A stretch of 64,000 bases of DNA from a virus, in the IMG/VR virus record IMGVR_UViG_3300032144_000005; one strand, 5' to 3'. Shown piece by piece: positions 26,389 through 36,592 of the stretch (the stretch's first letter is position 1; each line of letters opens with the position of its first letter). The translations under genes and the position numbers were made by a program. The notes below the pieces were generated by a model. The model ran no database searches, had not been told where the DNA came from, and was given only the letters and a program-made list of their open reading frames with translations.

Positions 26389-27864
26389 TCAAACTTTGTC
26401 GTATCCGAGGGCGGCGAGGACTGGGTTGGCGGGCGGCTTGGCAGCGCCCTTCGCGCCGACCGTCGCGCCCGGTGCGGGTTGCGATCCGCCCTTCGGCGGC
26501 GGGGGTGTGGCGGCCTTCGGTGCAGCGGCAGCAGCGGGCTTCGCGGGCGCGGCGGCGGGAGAGGTTGCAGCGGCAGCGGGCTTCGCCGCTGGTGCCGCCT
26601 GCGTGGCAGCCACCTTTTTGTAGCCGGAGGCTTCGAGCTTCGCGTGCTCGGCCTTGATCGTGGCCGTCAGGTAGTTTTTCCCTGACGCGGCGAGCATGTC
26701 CACGACGTCCATGGTGGTGAACGTGCGGATGCCGGTGCGCTTGTGCTCGGGCGTCTCGTTGAACTTCTTCACCGAGACGAGCAGCTTGCCGTCGCGCATG
26801 CGCTTGTCCTCGGGCATTGCATCGAGCAGCTCGCCCTGACGCTTCACGAAGTTGGCGACCGTCTTGTGGATGCCGTTGTCGGGGTTGAACTCGATGACGC
26901 CGTTGGCGATCAGCATGTACTGGCGCACGTTTTCCTTCGTGTCCTCCATGATGATCGTGGCAACCGGGGCCTCCACACCGTACGACTTGAGGGCGGCGCT
27001 CGGGTTGGCCTTCATCGCCTCGGCGATGGGTTTGTCCAGCGCGCTGAGCACGTCGTCCTCGACGGCCTTCAGGGTGTCGCGCACGAGCGGCGTGACCTGC
27101 ACCTCGTTCAGCTTGCGGCGGTAGGCTTCGAGCTGGGGCATCAGTTTCTCCTGCGCCTTCTGCGCGCCACGCTCTTCGGCGCGCGTGAGCATCAGCTCCT
27201 CGCGGTCGCCGGGCCGGTAGGTCGGGCGGTTCTTCCGCAGGAAGTCCTGATACTCCTCGGTCGTGTGGTCGAACTTGCCGTCGGTGTCCGTGTTCTCGGC
27301 GATGAACGTCCGGTGCTTGGCGATGAAGTCGATCTCGCGCTTCTCCATGTCGGCGTACACGTCCGGCAGTGCCTTGGCCGCGAACTGGGCCAGCTCCAGC
27401 GAGCGGCGTTCCTGCGGGAGGAGCTTGCCGTACTTGGCCAGCGGGTCGTCGGCGGTGCCGGGGTCGGGCTTCTTGGTGGTGGCCTCCCTGATGGCCTCGT
27501 CCAGCTCCTCGCGGGTAACCGCCTTGGGCTCGTCCGGGCGCACCTTCTTGGCGCGCTCGGTCGGCGGCGTGGTTACAGGGGGCGCTTCAGCAGCGGGTTC
27601 AGCAGGTGGAGCCGCCTCACCCTCTGGCGTCGCAGGTTCCGCTTCGGCGGCAGGGGCTGCGGCTTCGGGATCAGGTTCCGCTCCCGGCGCCGGATCAGCA
27701 GGTGTAGTGGCTTCCCCAGCATCGGGATCAGGTACTTCGGTTTGGGCCTTCTTGTCGACGTAGTAGCCGAGTATTTTCAGCATGTTGTCCGGCGAGGCTT
27801 CCGCCTTCGCGGGAGCTGCGGGCGCCTCTGCGGGCGCGGGGGTGGTCGGTTCATCGGGTGGCAT
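26389..27864 (-). CDS. Probable capsid scaffolding protein
   Basis: Pro/Ala/Glu-rich termini and helical core; lies between portal and capsid. Confidence 0.65.
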   Translation of the reverse strand: MPPDEPTTPAPAEAPAAPAKAEASPDNMLKILGYYVDKKAQTEVPDPDAGEATTPADPAPGAEPDPEAAAPAAEAEPATPEGEAAPPAEPAAEAPPVTTPPTERAKKVRPDEPKAVTREELDEAIREATTKKPDPGTADDPLAKYGKLLPQERRSLELAQFAAKALPDVYADMEKREIDFIAKHRTFIAENTDTDGKFDHTTEEYQDFLRKNRPTYRPGDREELMLTRAEERGAQKAQEKLMPQLEAYRRKLNEVQVTPLVRDTLKAVEDDVLSALDKPIAEAMKANPSAALKSYGVEAPVATIIMEDTKENVRQYMLIANGVIEFNPDNGIHKTVANFVKRQGELLDAMPEDKRMRDGKLLVSVKKFNETPEHKRTGIRTFTTMDVVDMLAASGKNYLTATIKAEHAKLEASGYKKVAATQAAPAAKPAAAATSPAAAPAKPAAAAAPKAATPPPPKGGSQPAPGATVGAKGAAKPPANPVLAALGYDKV

Positions 27865-27867
27865 AAG

Positions 27868-30351
27868 TTACATCGAGGGCACGCCCACTGGCTCCTGCAT
27901 GGCCTGCGGCGGAGGCGGCAGTCCGCCGCGTCCCATGCCGCCCTGCATCATCATCTGCATGAGCTGTTGGATAGTCTGCTTCAGTTCTCCGATGGTGCCG
28001 GAGTCCGCCTGCTGCTTCTGGGTGAGCTGCTGCACGGCCTGACCGATCTGCTGCATCGCGCCCTGCATCTCCTCGTTCGGAGCGCCCATCGGCTGCGAGC
28101 CGTCCGTGCCGGGCGGCAGGGCGATGCGCAGGTCGAAGCCCGCGCCCATGTTGCGGGACGCCTCGTTGATCAGCTCCACCACCTTCTCCTTCGGGATCAC
28201 GCTGGCCATCGGGCCGGAGCTGATGACCTGCAGGAGCTGGATCATGTTGTTCGCCGTGGCCTGCGAGGACGGGCGCTCAAGGCCGTCGCGTGTGGTGAAG
28301 AGGTACTCGGCGACGAGCTGCGTCTTGTTGCCCGTTACCGTGAAACGACCGCTGTCGAGTGGCTTGAACTCGGTGGTTGTCGGATCTCCGTCGGACTCGA
28401 CGATGACGAACCCGGCATCCGTGATGGTCTTCGCGGTGTAGCGGTCCTGCACGGACAGGTTGATCTCGTCCGAGCCGAAGGCCATCGACGCCTCGTACAG
28501 GATGCGCTTCTTCGCAGCCAGTCCCTCCTCGATGCCGATGGTGTGGAAGTCGCGGACGCCAAGGGTGGTGTTGTTCACCATGTTCGCCTCGGTCGCGGTG
28601 ATCTCGCGGGGCGCAACCTGACCGAGTTCCTGCGGGGAGAAGAACAGGAGGCGCTCGCAGAAGGCCAGAAGTTGAACGATGGTCCGCAGAATCTCGGCGG
28701 TCTTCTCGGCGGTCTGAACCTCGACAGCCCGCACGCGCTGCACGGTGCGCGGGTCCACGCCCATGTCCTTCAGGTTCTCGGCGGAGTATTTGACGATGAT
28801 GTTCGACGCCGCGTAGTAGTTGCGGTTGCGCATCGAGTCCTCGAAGGACTTGATGTCGCCCTCCTCCATGCCGTCGATGTTCAGCTCGTAGATCTTTGTC
28901 AGCCCTTGGAGCTGGATCTCCAGCATCTGCGAGAGGAGGTTGGAAACTTGATCCTGCGTGGGCAGCACGGCATGCGCGAACGAGGTCGAGTACATCCGAC
29001 TGTCATTCTCGTTGTAGCTGTACACCACGGCAGGATTGGAAGGCATCGGTTCCGCGTACATGATGGTGCGCGTCCCGCCCACCATGAATCGCAGCCACAC
29101 GTCGGCGTCGTACTTGCAGATCCCGTACTTCTTCGGGTTCAGCTTCATGAAGACCTCGGCCTTCGTGCACGACACGTCGTCGCTTTGCTGCGCCCAGTAC
29201 CCGACGTTCGCCAGCCGGTCGTTGCCCATCGAGTAGGCGTTCCCGAGATTGTCCTTGGTCGGGAAGACGATGGCGTCCGGGTAGTAGATGCGGAAGTACG
29301 CATCGTTCGAGGCAAGGAACTCGTAGGCTGCCGGGTTCAGCTCAATCGCATCGCGGTTCCAGTAGTCGGTATTGGTGCGGATTTCGCGCAGCCGAACGAT
29401 GTCCCAGTACCCGACGTACTCCGGCCCGCAGTTGTTGTTCAGCTTGGAGAGGGGCTTCGAGATGTCCCAGAAGGTGCGGCTCGGGTGCGGCGCGGTGAAC
29501 TCGACACCCTCGCGGGCGATCCGGTCCTCGACCACGTAGTCCGTCTCCTCCGGCCCGATCCCTGTCGCGTCGTCCTTGGGCTTGGCCACGTAGGCTGGCT
29601 CCATGTCGCGGGTCCATGAGCTGCGACAGAACTCGATCTGGTGGGCGTAGCACGAGGAGTCGCGGACGGACTGGACGATGTCGTGCTTGTACCCGAACGC
29701 CTCACTCATCTTCTCGACGTACTGGGTCACCAAGTCGGCGCGGAACTTCGAGGTCTGACTGGTGCCCGCCGGGTCGTAGCGCAGGAAGGGGAAGCGGGTG
29801 GCTATCGGTGTCGCCACACTGGCGACGCGGCGACTGACCATCGAGTGCGTGATGTTGTACGACACCTCGAAGAAGCGCGGCCAGTTCACCTTGAACGGCC
29901 TGCCATCCTTGCTCTCGATGATGCGGCCCCGCAATTCCGGCGAGAGCTGGTCGAGCTGCTTGGCGCAGGTGTCGAGGTTGATTAGACCTTGGCCGAGCAT
30001 GACCAGCGGGAAGGTGGTCTTGTTGTACGGCGTCGAATCCATCGCGATGTCAACCGGCGCGTACAGGCGGAACGAATCGAAGCTGCGTTGCCATCCTTCC
30101 GTGAGCCGGGCCTCGATCAATCCTTCGAGATAGCACCGCAGCTCGTAGTCGGTCGGATTCTCCGGCAACCGGAAGACCTCAGAGGTGGGCTCGACCCACT
30201 GCATGCTGTACTTGTCGCCCGATTTCAGGAACGCGCTCATCTTGACGCGCGAGGGCGCCTGATCCTTGGTCGGTGGCTCAGCGGTGGCGATTGCCTTGAG
30301 ACGCTCCACCGTTAGTCCGAGCGATGACGCAATATCCGGGTCGAAGGCCAT
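27868..30351 (-). CDS. Portal protein
   Basis: 827 aa, helical, with Q/M/P-rich C-terminal tail. Downstream of terminase and upstream of scaffold/capsid. Confidence 0.7.
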   Translation of the reverse strand: MAFDPDIASSLGLTVERLKAIATAEPPTKDQAPSRVKMSAFLKSGDKYSMQWVEPTSEVFRLPENPTDYELRCYLEGLIEARLTEGWQRSFDSFRLYAPVDIAMDSTPYNKTTFPLVMLGQGLINLDTCAKQLDQLSPELRGRIIESKDGRPFKVNWPRFFEVSYNITHSMVSRRVASVATPIATRFPFLRYDPAGTSQTSKFRADLVTQYVEKMSEAFGYKHDIVQSVRDSSCYAHQIEFCRSSWTRDMEPAYVAKPKDDATGIGPEETDYVVEDRIAREGVEFTAPHPSRTFWDISKPLSKLNNNCGPEYVGYWDIVRLREIRTNTDYWNRDAIELNPAAYEFLASNDAYFRIYYPDAIVFPTKDNLGNAYSMGNDRLANVGYWAQQSDDVSCTKAEVFMKLNPKKYGICKYDADVWLRFMVGGTRTIMYAEPMPSNPAVVYSYNENDSRMYSTSFAHAVLPTQDQVSNLLSQMLEIQLQGLTKIYELNIDGMEEGDIKSFEDSMRNRNYYAASNIIVKYSAENLKDMGVDPRTVQRVRAVEVQTAEKTAEILRTIVQLLAFCERLLFFSPQELGQVAPREITATEANMVNNTTLGVRDFHTIGIEEGLAAKKRILYEASMAFGSDEINLSVQDRYTAKTITDAGFVIVESDGDPTTTEFKPLDSGRFTVTGNKTQLVAEYLFTTRDGLERPSSQATANNMIQLLQVISSGPMASVIPKEKVVELINEASRNMGAGFDLRIALPPGTDGSQPMGAPNEEMQGAMQQIGQAVQQLTQKQQADSGTIGELKQTIQQLMQMMMQGGMGRGGLPPPPQAMQEPVGVPSM

Positions 30352-30387
30352 GGCCGTATCTCTCGCGCTGCTGACGGGGAGTCAATC

Positions 30388-31029
30388 TCAATGCCCGCTG
30401 GGCGTGACGGCGGCGGCCCGCTTCTTGGCCTCGAAGGCGAGGCGGGTGGCACTGATGGTGGCTGCGTTCGCGGTCTGCGTGGCGCGAATCTTTTCGCGGC
30501 GCTCCATCTCTTTCTGTCGTACCAGCTCGGGGTTGGCTGCCATCCACGCCAGCTTCTCCGCGCGCTTCTTGGCGAGCAGGATGGCGCTGCTCTTTTTCTG
30601 GAGCGCCAAGGAGTGACCTACCGTACTGGTGTTCGGCTCGTCCACGCGCAGGTGGTCGTCGGGATTGATCCCGGCCAGCGAGCCGCAGATATAGTTCCAG
30701 AGCTGCTGGAGCAGGATGCCCTCGGACAGCATGAAGCTGTTTTCTTTCAGACGCCGCTTGACGGTGTACGGCGGCATCCCGCATCGCAGCCCGACTTCCT
30801 CGATGGTTTCGTTCAGCGCAACACACAGCTTGTAGAACCGCTCGCGGTTCCACTTCTTGGCACCGGACAGGTTCTGGTGCTGCTCGATCAGCGCGTAGGT
30901 GGGTGTCCGATGAAGGTGCCTCGGCATCTCAACCGTCACCTTGTCGGCCTTCCTCCGGCCTGAACCAAGCTGGATCTCGGAGTCGAACTCTCGGTCCCGG
31001 TCTTCCGGCTTAGTATTCGTCGTCGTCAC
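30388..31029 (-). CDS. Hypothetical protein with HTH-like segment (start uncertain; alternative ATG at 30927)
   Basis: LNETIEEVGLRCGMPPYTVKRRL resembles a helix-turn-helix; coiled-coil C-terminus. Confidence 0.55.
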   Translation of the reverse strand: MTTTNTKPEDRDREFDSEIQLGSGRRKADKVTVEMPRHLHRTPTYALIEQHQNLSGAKKWNRERFYKLCVALNETIEEVGLRCGMPPYTVKRRLKENSFMLSEGILLQQLWNYICGSLAGINPDDHLRVDEPNTSTVGHSLALQKKSSAILLAKKRAEKLAWMAANPELVRQKEMERREKIRATQTANAATISATRLAFEAKKRAAAVTPSGH

Positions 31030-31465
31030 CTTCAACGAGGAGCATGCTCACGGGCTCGTTGGAGACATCGACTTCCTCATCGTCGGGCTTGCCGTCGATG
31101 TTCTTGTCCTCGCCCTTGTCGAGCAGGTCGGAAGTCTTGCAGATCTCGAAGTCGATGCAGATGTCGCGGGTGACCTTGTCGCCGGAGCGACGGGAATCAT
31201 CGCGCTTTCCCTTGACGCGCAGGAGCATCGTGACCTCAACGAGGTCATCGACCTGCAGGTCCTCAGCACCCATCAGCTCGGCATGCTTGCCGCTGACCGT
31301 GAAGCACGGGTAGTTGAGCGTGCGCTCCCACTTGCGCTTCTCGGAGGCGGAGTCGCTGCCGCAGGGCTCACACGGCGAGGGCGCGCAGCCGTAGTAAGAA
31401 GAATCTTTCATCTCCTTATTCGTCACACCCATGCTGACAGTGGCGTCCATGGGCAGATCCTTCAA
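31010..31465 (-). CDS. Acidic hypothetical protein, possibly minor head protein
   Basis: Good codon bias; between terminase and portal; beta-rich core YPCFTV..VEVTMLLRV..ICIDFEI. Confidence 0.6.
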   Translation of the reverse strand: MKDLPMDATVSMGVTNKEMKDSSYYGCAPSPCEPCGSDSASEKRKWERTLNYPCFTVSGKHAELMGAEDLQVDDLVEVTMLLRVKGKRDDSRRSGDKVTRDICIDFEICKTSDLLDKGEDKNIDGKPDDEEVDVSNEPVSMLLVEGDDDEY

Positions 31466-31499
31466 ACGACTAAGGCCGTGGAGTCAACGAGATAACTGG

Positions 31500-33173
31500 T
31501 CACGCCACGACGGTCACCGCCTTGTTCGAGGTCTCGGCGAACCCGGACAGCGCGACGTGCTTGCGGTAGAATACGGGGTAGGTGCTCGCGTCGAAGACGT
31601 GCAGGTACTTCTGGGGCTTCTTCGGTTCGAGCACCGTCTTGTCGTCCTGTGTCAGGTGCAGCAACATCGAGCGAGTCCACGGGCAGGCGGCGGAGACCAT
31701 GATCTGCGCGTCGCGCAGCAGGTCGATCATGATGCTGGCGCGCTCCTCGACGGAGCCGGGCGGCTTCGGGCACTCGATCAACCGGATCGGCACAAGCCCC
31801 TCGAAGCGCACCTTGTTCTCGCGGATCAGTTTCGCGCTCCAGTTCTGGACCTCCTGCGCGTGCACGCTGCCGGTGGCGCCGACGAACTGGTTGAACGCCG
31901 AGTTGTCCGAGATGTGCTTGAACTGGAACTTGTACTTCATGCGCCGGTTCCAGTACGCCATCTTCTCCAGCAGCGCGCGGACGACGCGACCGTAGGGGAT
32001 CTTCTCGTGGTAGTAGCACAGCTCGTCGAAGATGATCCAGTACGGGCCGAACTCGGTCTCGAAGCACTGCATGAACACGATGCCCGTGTTCACGTTGCCC
32101 AAGTCGTAGCCGATGATGATCGGGTGGCCCTCCTTCGGGAGGATGCCACGGTTGGTCTCCGCGTTCCCGGCGATGTGTTTCTTCTCGGAGAAGTAGTGCT
32201 TGAACAGCGCGATGCCGGAGGGGCGGGCGAGCCACTTCCCCTCGATCATGCGCGCCCACAGGATCGGATCGGAGCGGAAGGTGGACTCAAGGTTCTGCCG
32301 GTAAGCAAGGCCGAGCCGGTGCACGTTCTCGCTGTATGGGACGTAGTGCACGGCGACCAGTGGGTCGCGCCTGATGCCCGGCTCGTGCTTGTCGCGCGGC
32401 CACGGGACACCGTTCGGGTCCTTCATGTCCTTGTACAGTAGCTCGAAGGTCCAGTCGGTGTCCGGGTCGCCGGGGTTGCACGACGACAGGAACTGCTGCG
32501 GACCCTTGATGTAGCGGCGGCGACCGAGCTGGGCGCGCGGGAACGTGAAGTATTCCTTCCCTTCGCAGACCGTGGACTCCTCAAGGTACACGAGTGACGG
32601 CGCGGGGCCGCGCACGCGGGCGTCCACCTGTGAGGGGAACAGGATGGACTTGAGCATGACCTTGGACCACAGGCCGTACACGTTCTGAATCCAGAGGTGG
32701 CGGTCCTTGGTGACCGGGTCGAGCCGCCACTGGGTGTACTCCAGCCCGATGCCGTGATCGAGCAGTTCTCCTGACCGGGGGTTGGGGATCATGACCCCGT
32801 CCTTGTAGAGGAACGGCGCTTCACGATTCCCGTCTTTCCATGTCGGCAGCGCGAGGTTCACGAGATCATGGCCCGCTCCCTCGTAGCCCGACGATTGCGT
32901 CGGCGCGATGATGTACGCCAGCGCGTTGAAATTCTCATAGCAGTGCCGGATCACCCGGTGCAGGAACCCGAGCGTCTTGCCCGAGCCCTTCTCCCCGATG
33001 CCCCACACGACGTCATGCTCGTCGTTAAAGATGTCGAGCTGGGTCGGGTTGAGGTCCGGCCACCATTTGCCATCGCCCGCCTCGCCACGGGGCTTGCCGG
33101 GGTTCTCCGGGGGAAGCTCCGTGTCGTCGTCGGCAGCGACCGCCTGTGCCAGCCTGTCGAGGTCCTTGCTCAC
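31500..33173 (-). CDS. terL: Terminase large subunit
   Basis: Walker A GEKGSGKT, YIIAPT, Walker B LVYLEE, coupling motif SCNP, and RNase H-like nuclease motifs IIIGYDLG, IFDEL and HVFDASTY. Confidence 0.92.
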   Translation of the reverse strand: MSKDLDRLAQAVAADDDTELPPENPGKPRGEAGDGKWWPDLNPTQLDIFNDEHDVVWGIGEKGSGKTLGFLHRVIRHCYENFNALAYIIAPTQSSGYEGAGHDLVNLALPTWKDGNREAPFLYKDGVMIPNPRSGELLDHGIGLEYTQWRLDPVTKDRHLWIQNVYGLWSKVMLKSILFPSQVDARVRGPAPSLVYLEESTVCEGKEYFTFPRAQLGRRRYIKGPQQFLSSCNPGDPDTDWTFELLYKDMKDPNGVPWPRDKHEPGIRRDPLVAVHYVPYSENVHRLGLAYRQNLESTFRSDPILWARMIEGKWLARPSGIALFKHYFSEKKHIAGNAETNRGILPKEGHPIIIGYDLGNVNTGIVFMQCFETEFGPYWIIFDELCYYHEKIPYGRVVRALLEKMAYWNRRMKYKFQFKHISDNSAFNQFVGATGSVHAQEVQNWSAKLIRENKVRFEGLVPIRLIECPKPPGSVEERASIMIDLLRDAQIMVSAACPWTRSMLLHLTQDDKTVLEPKKPQKYLHVFDASTYPVFYRKHVALSGFAETSNKAVTVVA

Positions 33174-34060
33174 TCGCTGGCCTCGGAGACCTTGACCTCA
33201 GCCGGGCCGGTGGAGTTGACCTGCACCAAGACAGGCGGCGGTCCATCAGTGAAGCCGGGTTTCGCCTTCTTGGTCGCAGCCCGCTTCGTGGTCCCGCGCT
33301 TCTGCATCTCAAGCTCCTCGACCTTCAGCTTGAGCAGGTTGGAGCGCTGGACCTGCAGGTTGATGTTGCGGATCTCAGCGGAGAGCGACGCCAGCACGTA
33401 GGAGTATTCCTTCTTGGAATCCTTGGGGCCGAACTCGCCCTCCTCGATGGGCAGCGCGTCTGAGTCGTACATCTGCTTCGTAGTAACGAAGAGATCGAGC
33501 ATCTCGGCGAAGCATCGGAGCATGCCGCCGTGCGTGAGGTCGAGCGAGGAGCGCAGGCTTCCGCGCGCAAACTCCTCGATCTCCATCAGTCTCGCAGCCC
33601 GCTCCGGGGATAGCCCCAGCTTCTCCCATTGCAGGGAGGAAAGTGCTTTATCCGTCTTGATCAGCGCCCGCATCTCCGTGAGTTCGCCTTCGGTGAGCGC
33701 CTCGCGCTCAAGGGCCTCTTCGGAGTCAGGGATCTTCTTGGCCGGATCGGTCGCGCCGTTCACCGTGCGCAGGTATCCATTCGATTGAATGAGATTCCAG
33801 ACGGTCTTGTAGCTGAGGTTCATCTCGGCGGCGCACCCCGAGATATTGCCGTTAATGTGAGGCTGGGTGATCACCCGCGCGATCTCGCGGTGGATCAATG
33901 CAACCGCACGCTTGCGGTCTATGCCTGCCACATCGGCAGCCAGTGCTGGTGTCGCATCTGGCTGCCGAAGGGCGGTGAGAAGTTCCTCGATCTCGTCTTC
34001 ACGGGCGAACCGAGGATTTTTATACTGCTTGGCTACGAGGTCAGACGGCGGCTCGGACAT
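33170..34060 (-). CDS. Probable terminase small subunit
   Basis: Overlaps the terL start; HTH-like ISGCAAEMNLSYKTVWNLI followed by oligomerisation-type helices. Confidence 0.5.
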   Translation of the reverse strand: MSEPPSDLVAKQYKNPRFAREDEIEELLTALRQPDATPALAADVAGIDRKRAVALIHREIARVITQPHINGNISGCAAEMNLSYKTVWNLIQSNGYLRTVNGATDPAKKIPDSEEALEREALTEGELTEMRALIKTDKALSSLQWEKLGLSPERAARLMEIEEFARGSLRSSLDLTHGGMLRCFAEMLDLFVTTKQMYDSDALPIEEGEFGPKDSKKEYSYVLASLSAEIRNINLQVQRSNLLKLKVEELEMQKRGTTKRAATKKAKPGFTDGPPPVLVQVNSTGPAEVKVSEASE

Positions 34061-34078
34061 GAGCCAGCCGGTATCACA

Positions 34079-34375
34079 TCAGGTGGCGCTTGTCCACTGC
34101 GCGGGCTCCGTCACGAAGTACCCGCCCGCTCGGTGCACATGTAGGCTATAAGGCTTACCGTCAGGGCCGACCATGATGCACGAGCCCCGGCTGTTGTCGT
34201 GCCGCCACGACCACCGCTCAGGGAACTTGAAGCCGAGCTTCGCAAGGTCAGCCTTCGCGCGCTCAAGGCTCTCCTTCAGCTCTTCGTGCGCCTTCTTCTC
34301 CTCTGCCTCCTTGGCGCTGGCTGCAGCGACCGCGAGTTCGCGCCTGCGTTGCAGCCAGTTCTTGATGGCGTTCAT
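34079..34375 (-). CDS. Hypothetical protein
   Basis: Compact ORF in operon with ATG start. Confidence 0.6.
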   Translation of the reverse strand: MNAIKNWLQRRRELAVAAASAKEAEEKKAHEELKESLERAKADLAKLGFKFPERWSWRHDNSRGSCIMVGPDGKPYSLHVHRAGGYFVTEPAQWTSAT

Positions 34376-34376
34376 A

Positions 34377-35438
34377 TCACTCCGAGTTCATCGGCACGAT
34401 GCACGACATGAGCAGCAGCTTGGCGAGGTACATCGTCTGCTGCTTCGTCAGCTTGTTGCCGGTCAGGTCCACCTTCACAGCGGAGGACGTGGGCGATCCG
34501 TTCACCATGATGTCCTTGTACTTCATGGCACCGATCAGGCCGGGCGCACCACCACCCGAATCGAAGAACGAGGCTTCGTCCGCCGCGCCGTCGAACACCG
34601 CCGACTCATTCGGCGGCGGCTCGTTCACGCGGATGTCGAACTGGTACTCGCCCTCGCCGCTGAGCTTGCGGTTCGGCGACTCCACCCAGCGGATGTTGCC
34701 GGTCAGCTTGTCCTCAAGCTGCTTGCCGTCCACGGCGTAGCGCACGGTGATGTTCTGCAGATACCACGCCGAGCGGTCGTAGTCGTACAGCATGACGCCG
34801 TCGACCGTGACCTCCGGGTATATCTGCACCGGGCCTGCGGACAGGACGTGGCGCTGGAACTCCATCTTGTCGTAGTTGGTGACCTTGATGCCCACGGTCT
34901 TCCCGCTCGACGCGGTGCGGGTCAGGCTCACCACCTCCTTCTTGATGGACTCGAACATGCCGACCGACTGCGCAGGCGGCTTGCCCAGCGCGAGGCCACC
35001 GGCCTTGCTGTCGAATCCCTTGGCGGTTCCGGCACCGAAGACGCCGATCTTTAGGTTGCCATCTTGGAAGCGGTACACGTTCTTGCCGTCGATGGGCACG
35101 ATGCCGCTCAGGCGTCCGACGTTGCGCGTCTGCGCCGGGTTCTTCGGGTTCACCACATCGCACTCGATGGAGTGGATGAGCTGGCCCATCTTGTCAGACG
35201 AGAACGTCCCGCCCTTGGCGAAGGGGCGGTGCTCGATGGTCCCGTAGAACAGGGCGCTATTCGAGACGTTGAGCTTGAGCGTGTACTTGTCGGTGACGCC
35301 CTCGGTCCCAGATTGGGTGCGGGTGTCGAAGCGGATGTTCAGGTCTCCGCGAATGAATGGCTGCTCGGGCGTCTGTCCGAAGGCGGACAGGACGACCACG
35401 GCGCCAGCGATGAGGGCTGTCACGGTCTTGAGGTTCAT
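34377..35438 (-). CDS. Exported beta-rich protein with signal peptide
   Basis: MNLKTVTALIAGAVVVLSAFG/Q is Sec-type; very strong codon bias. Confidence 0.75.
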   Translation of the reverse strand: MNLKTVTALIAGAVVVLSAFGQTPEQPFIRGDLNIRFDTRTQSGTEGVTDKYTLKLNVSNSALFYGTIEHRPFAKGGTFSSDKMGQLIHSIECDVVNPKNPAQTRNVGRLSGIVPIDGKNVYRFQDGNLKIGVFGAGTAKGFDSKAGGLALGKPPAQSVGMFESIKKEVVSLTRTASSGKTVGIKVTNYDKMEFQRHVLSAGPVQIYPEVTVDGVMLYDYDRSAWYLQNITVRYAVDGKQLEDKLTGNIRWVESPNRKLSGEGEYQFDIRVNEPPPNESAVFDGAADEASFFDSGGGAPGLIGAMKYKDIMVNGSPTSSAVKVDLTGNKLTKQQTMYLAKLLLMSCIVPMNSE

Positions 35439-35444
35439 GTATTT

Positions 35445-35564
35445 TTAGGCTGAGGTTTCGTATTGGGTGGTCTCGCTCTCCGTGTCGGAGCAGGAGTGGG
35501 CGAGGAACAGGAGGATGAGCAACGTGGCAATCGTCGCCCAGATGCGGAACGTGAGGTTCTTCAT
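35445..35564 (-). CDS. 39-aa membrane peptide/possible lipoprotein (not in ORF track)
   Basis: MKNLTFRIWATIATLLILLFLAHSCSDTESETTQYETSA exactly fills the gap between neighbours. Confidence 0.65.
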   Translation of the reverse strand: MKNLTFRIWATIATLLILLFLAHSCSDTESETTQYETSA

Positions 35565-35567
35565 GGC

Positions 35568-36338
35568 TTACTTTTGTTGGAGGATTGGTGAGACCTCGAT
35601 GTCGAGGTCGAGGGACGGCTTGCCATCGGGGGACGGCAGCGCCTGTTGCGCGGACACGGCCAGCTTGGCGGCAGGCTGACCCGACTCGTCGAGGAGCGAG
35701 GTTTCGAGATCGGCGAAGGCCATGCCCAGCGCCTTCTGCACGGCGTCCAGTGCGGTGTCGCGCTGGATCTTAGCGACGATGGACTCGTTGTCCACGGACG
35801 CCGCCTTGTTCATCTCGGCAGTGGCGAGCGCCATTTCCCAGATTGCAGACGCGCGCTCGATCTCGGCCTCGTACAGCGCCAGCTTCTCCCGGCCTTCCTT
35901 GTAGCGCTGCTTGCGCCGGTCCAGAAGCTCCACCGCCTGCGCGTACTGCTTGTCGTAGTTCGCAGCGTCAGCCGGGAACTTCTTCTTGAAGCCCTCCAGC
36001 TTGCCCCGGAACTTGAACAGCTCGCCGACGGTGGACTCGATGCGCTGCTTGAACTCGATCAGGGCTTGTCGCTTCTGAGCGTAGTCATTCTGTAGCGTCT
36101 CGATGGGGTTCTTCGATGCCTCGTACTTGATGGCCTTGAGGCGCCAGTTCGCCAGTGCGGAGGCGAACCATGGCACGAAGTTGATTACGATCACTCCGAT
36201 GATCCCGGCGGTGAGGATGCCCAAGGCACCCCCGATGGTCGCCCAGATGAAGGGCGACACGAGGAAGGCGACAACGAGGAACCCGCCAATCTTGGCGAAC
36301 TTCTCGATGCGCTCACGTTTCAGTTCGAGGTCTTGCAT
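35568..36338 (-). CDS. Two-TM membrane protein with long coiled coil
   Basis: Start at MQDLELK; two hydrophobic helices, then NWRLKAIKYEASKNPIETLQ and a heptad coil. Confidence 0.75.
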   Translation of the reverse strand: MQDLELKRERIEKFAKIGGFLVVAFLVSPFIWATIGGALGILTAGIIGVIVINFVPWFASALANWRLKAIKYEASKNPIETLQNDYAQKRQALIEFKQRIESTVGELFKFRGKLEGFKKKFPADAANYDKQYAQAVELLDRRKQRYKEGREKLALYEAEIERASAIWEMALATAEMNKAASVDNESIVAKIQRDTALDAVQKALGMAFADLETSLLDESGQPAAKLAVSAQQALPSPDGKPSLDLDIEVSPILQQK

Positions 36339-36592
36339 TTTGTTTTTGGTTTTCTCCGAAGGAGAATTGTTGGGATCTGGGCGAGTGCTTTGGCGAGCAT
36401 GTCCCGCATCCATTCCACCTCGCGCTTTGTATCGCAGATCGGGTTGAACGGATTCAGATCGAAGTATTGATGGGCGACCTTGAGTACCGCCCGGTGTCTA
36501 TCGCCGATGTCTCCGATGCGTTCGCGCTGGGTGAACAGGCGACGGCACTTACGCTCAAGCGGAGTGAGCTTAACTCTCTGATAGTCTTTCAT
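36320..36592 (-). CDS. Hypothetical protein
   Basis: MKDYQRVKL start overlaps the upstream TGA. Confidence 0.55.
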   Translation of the reverse strand: MKDYQRVKLTPLERKCRRLFTQRERIGDIGDRHRAVLKVAHQYFDLNPFNPICDTKREVEWMRDMLAKALAQIPTILLRRKPKTKCKTSN

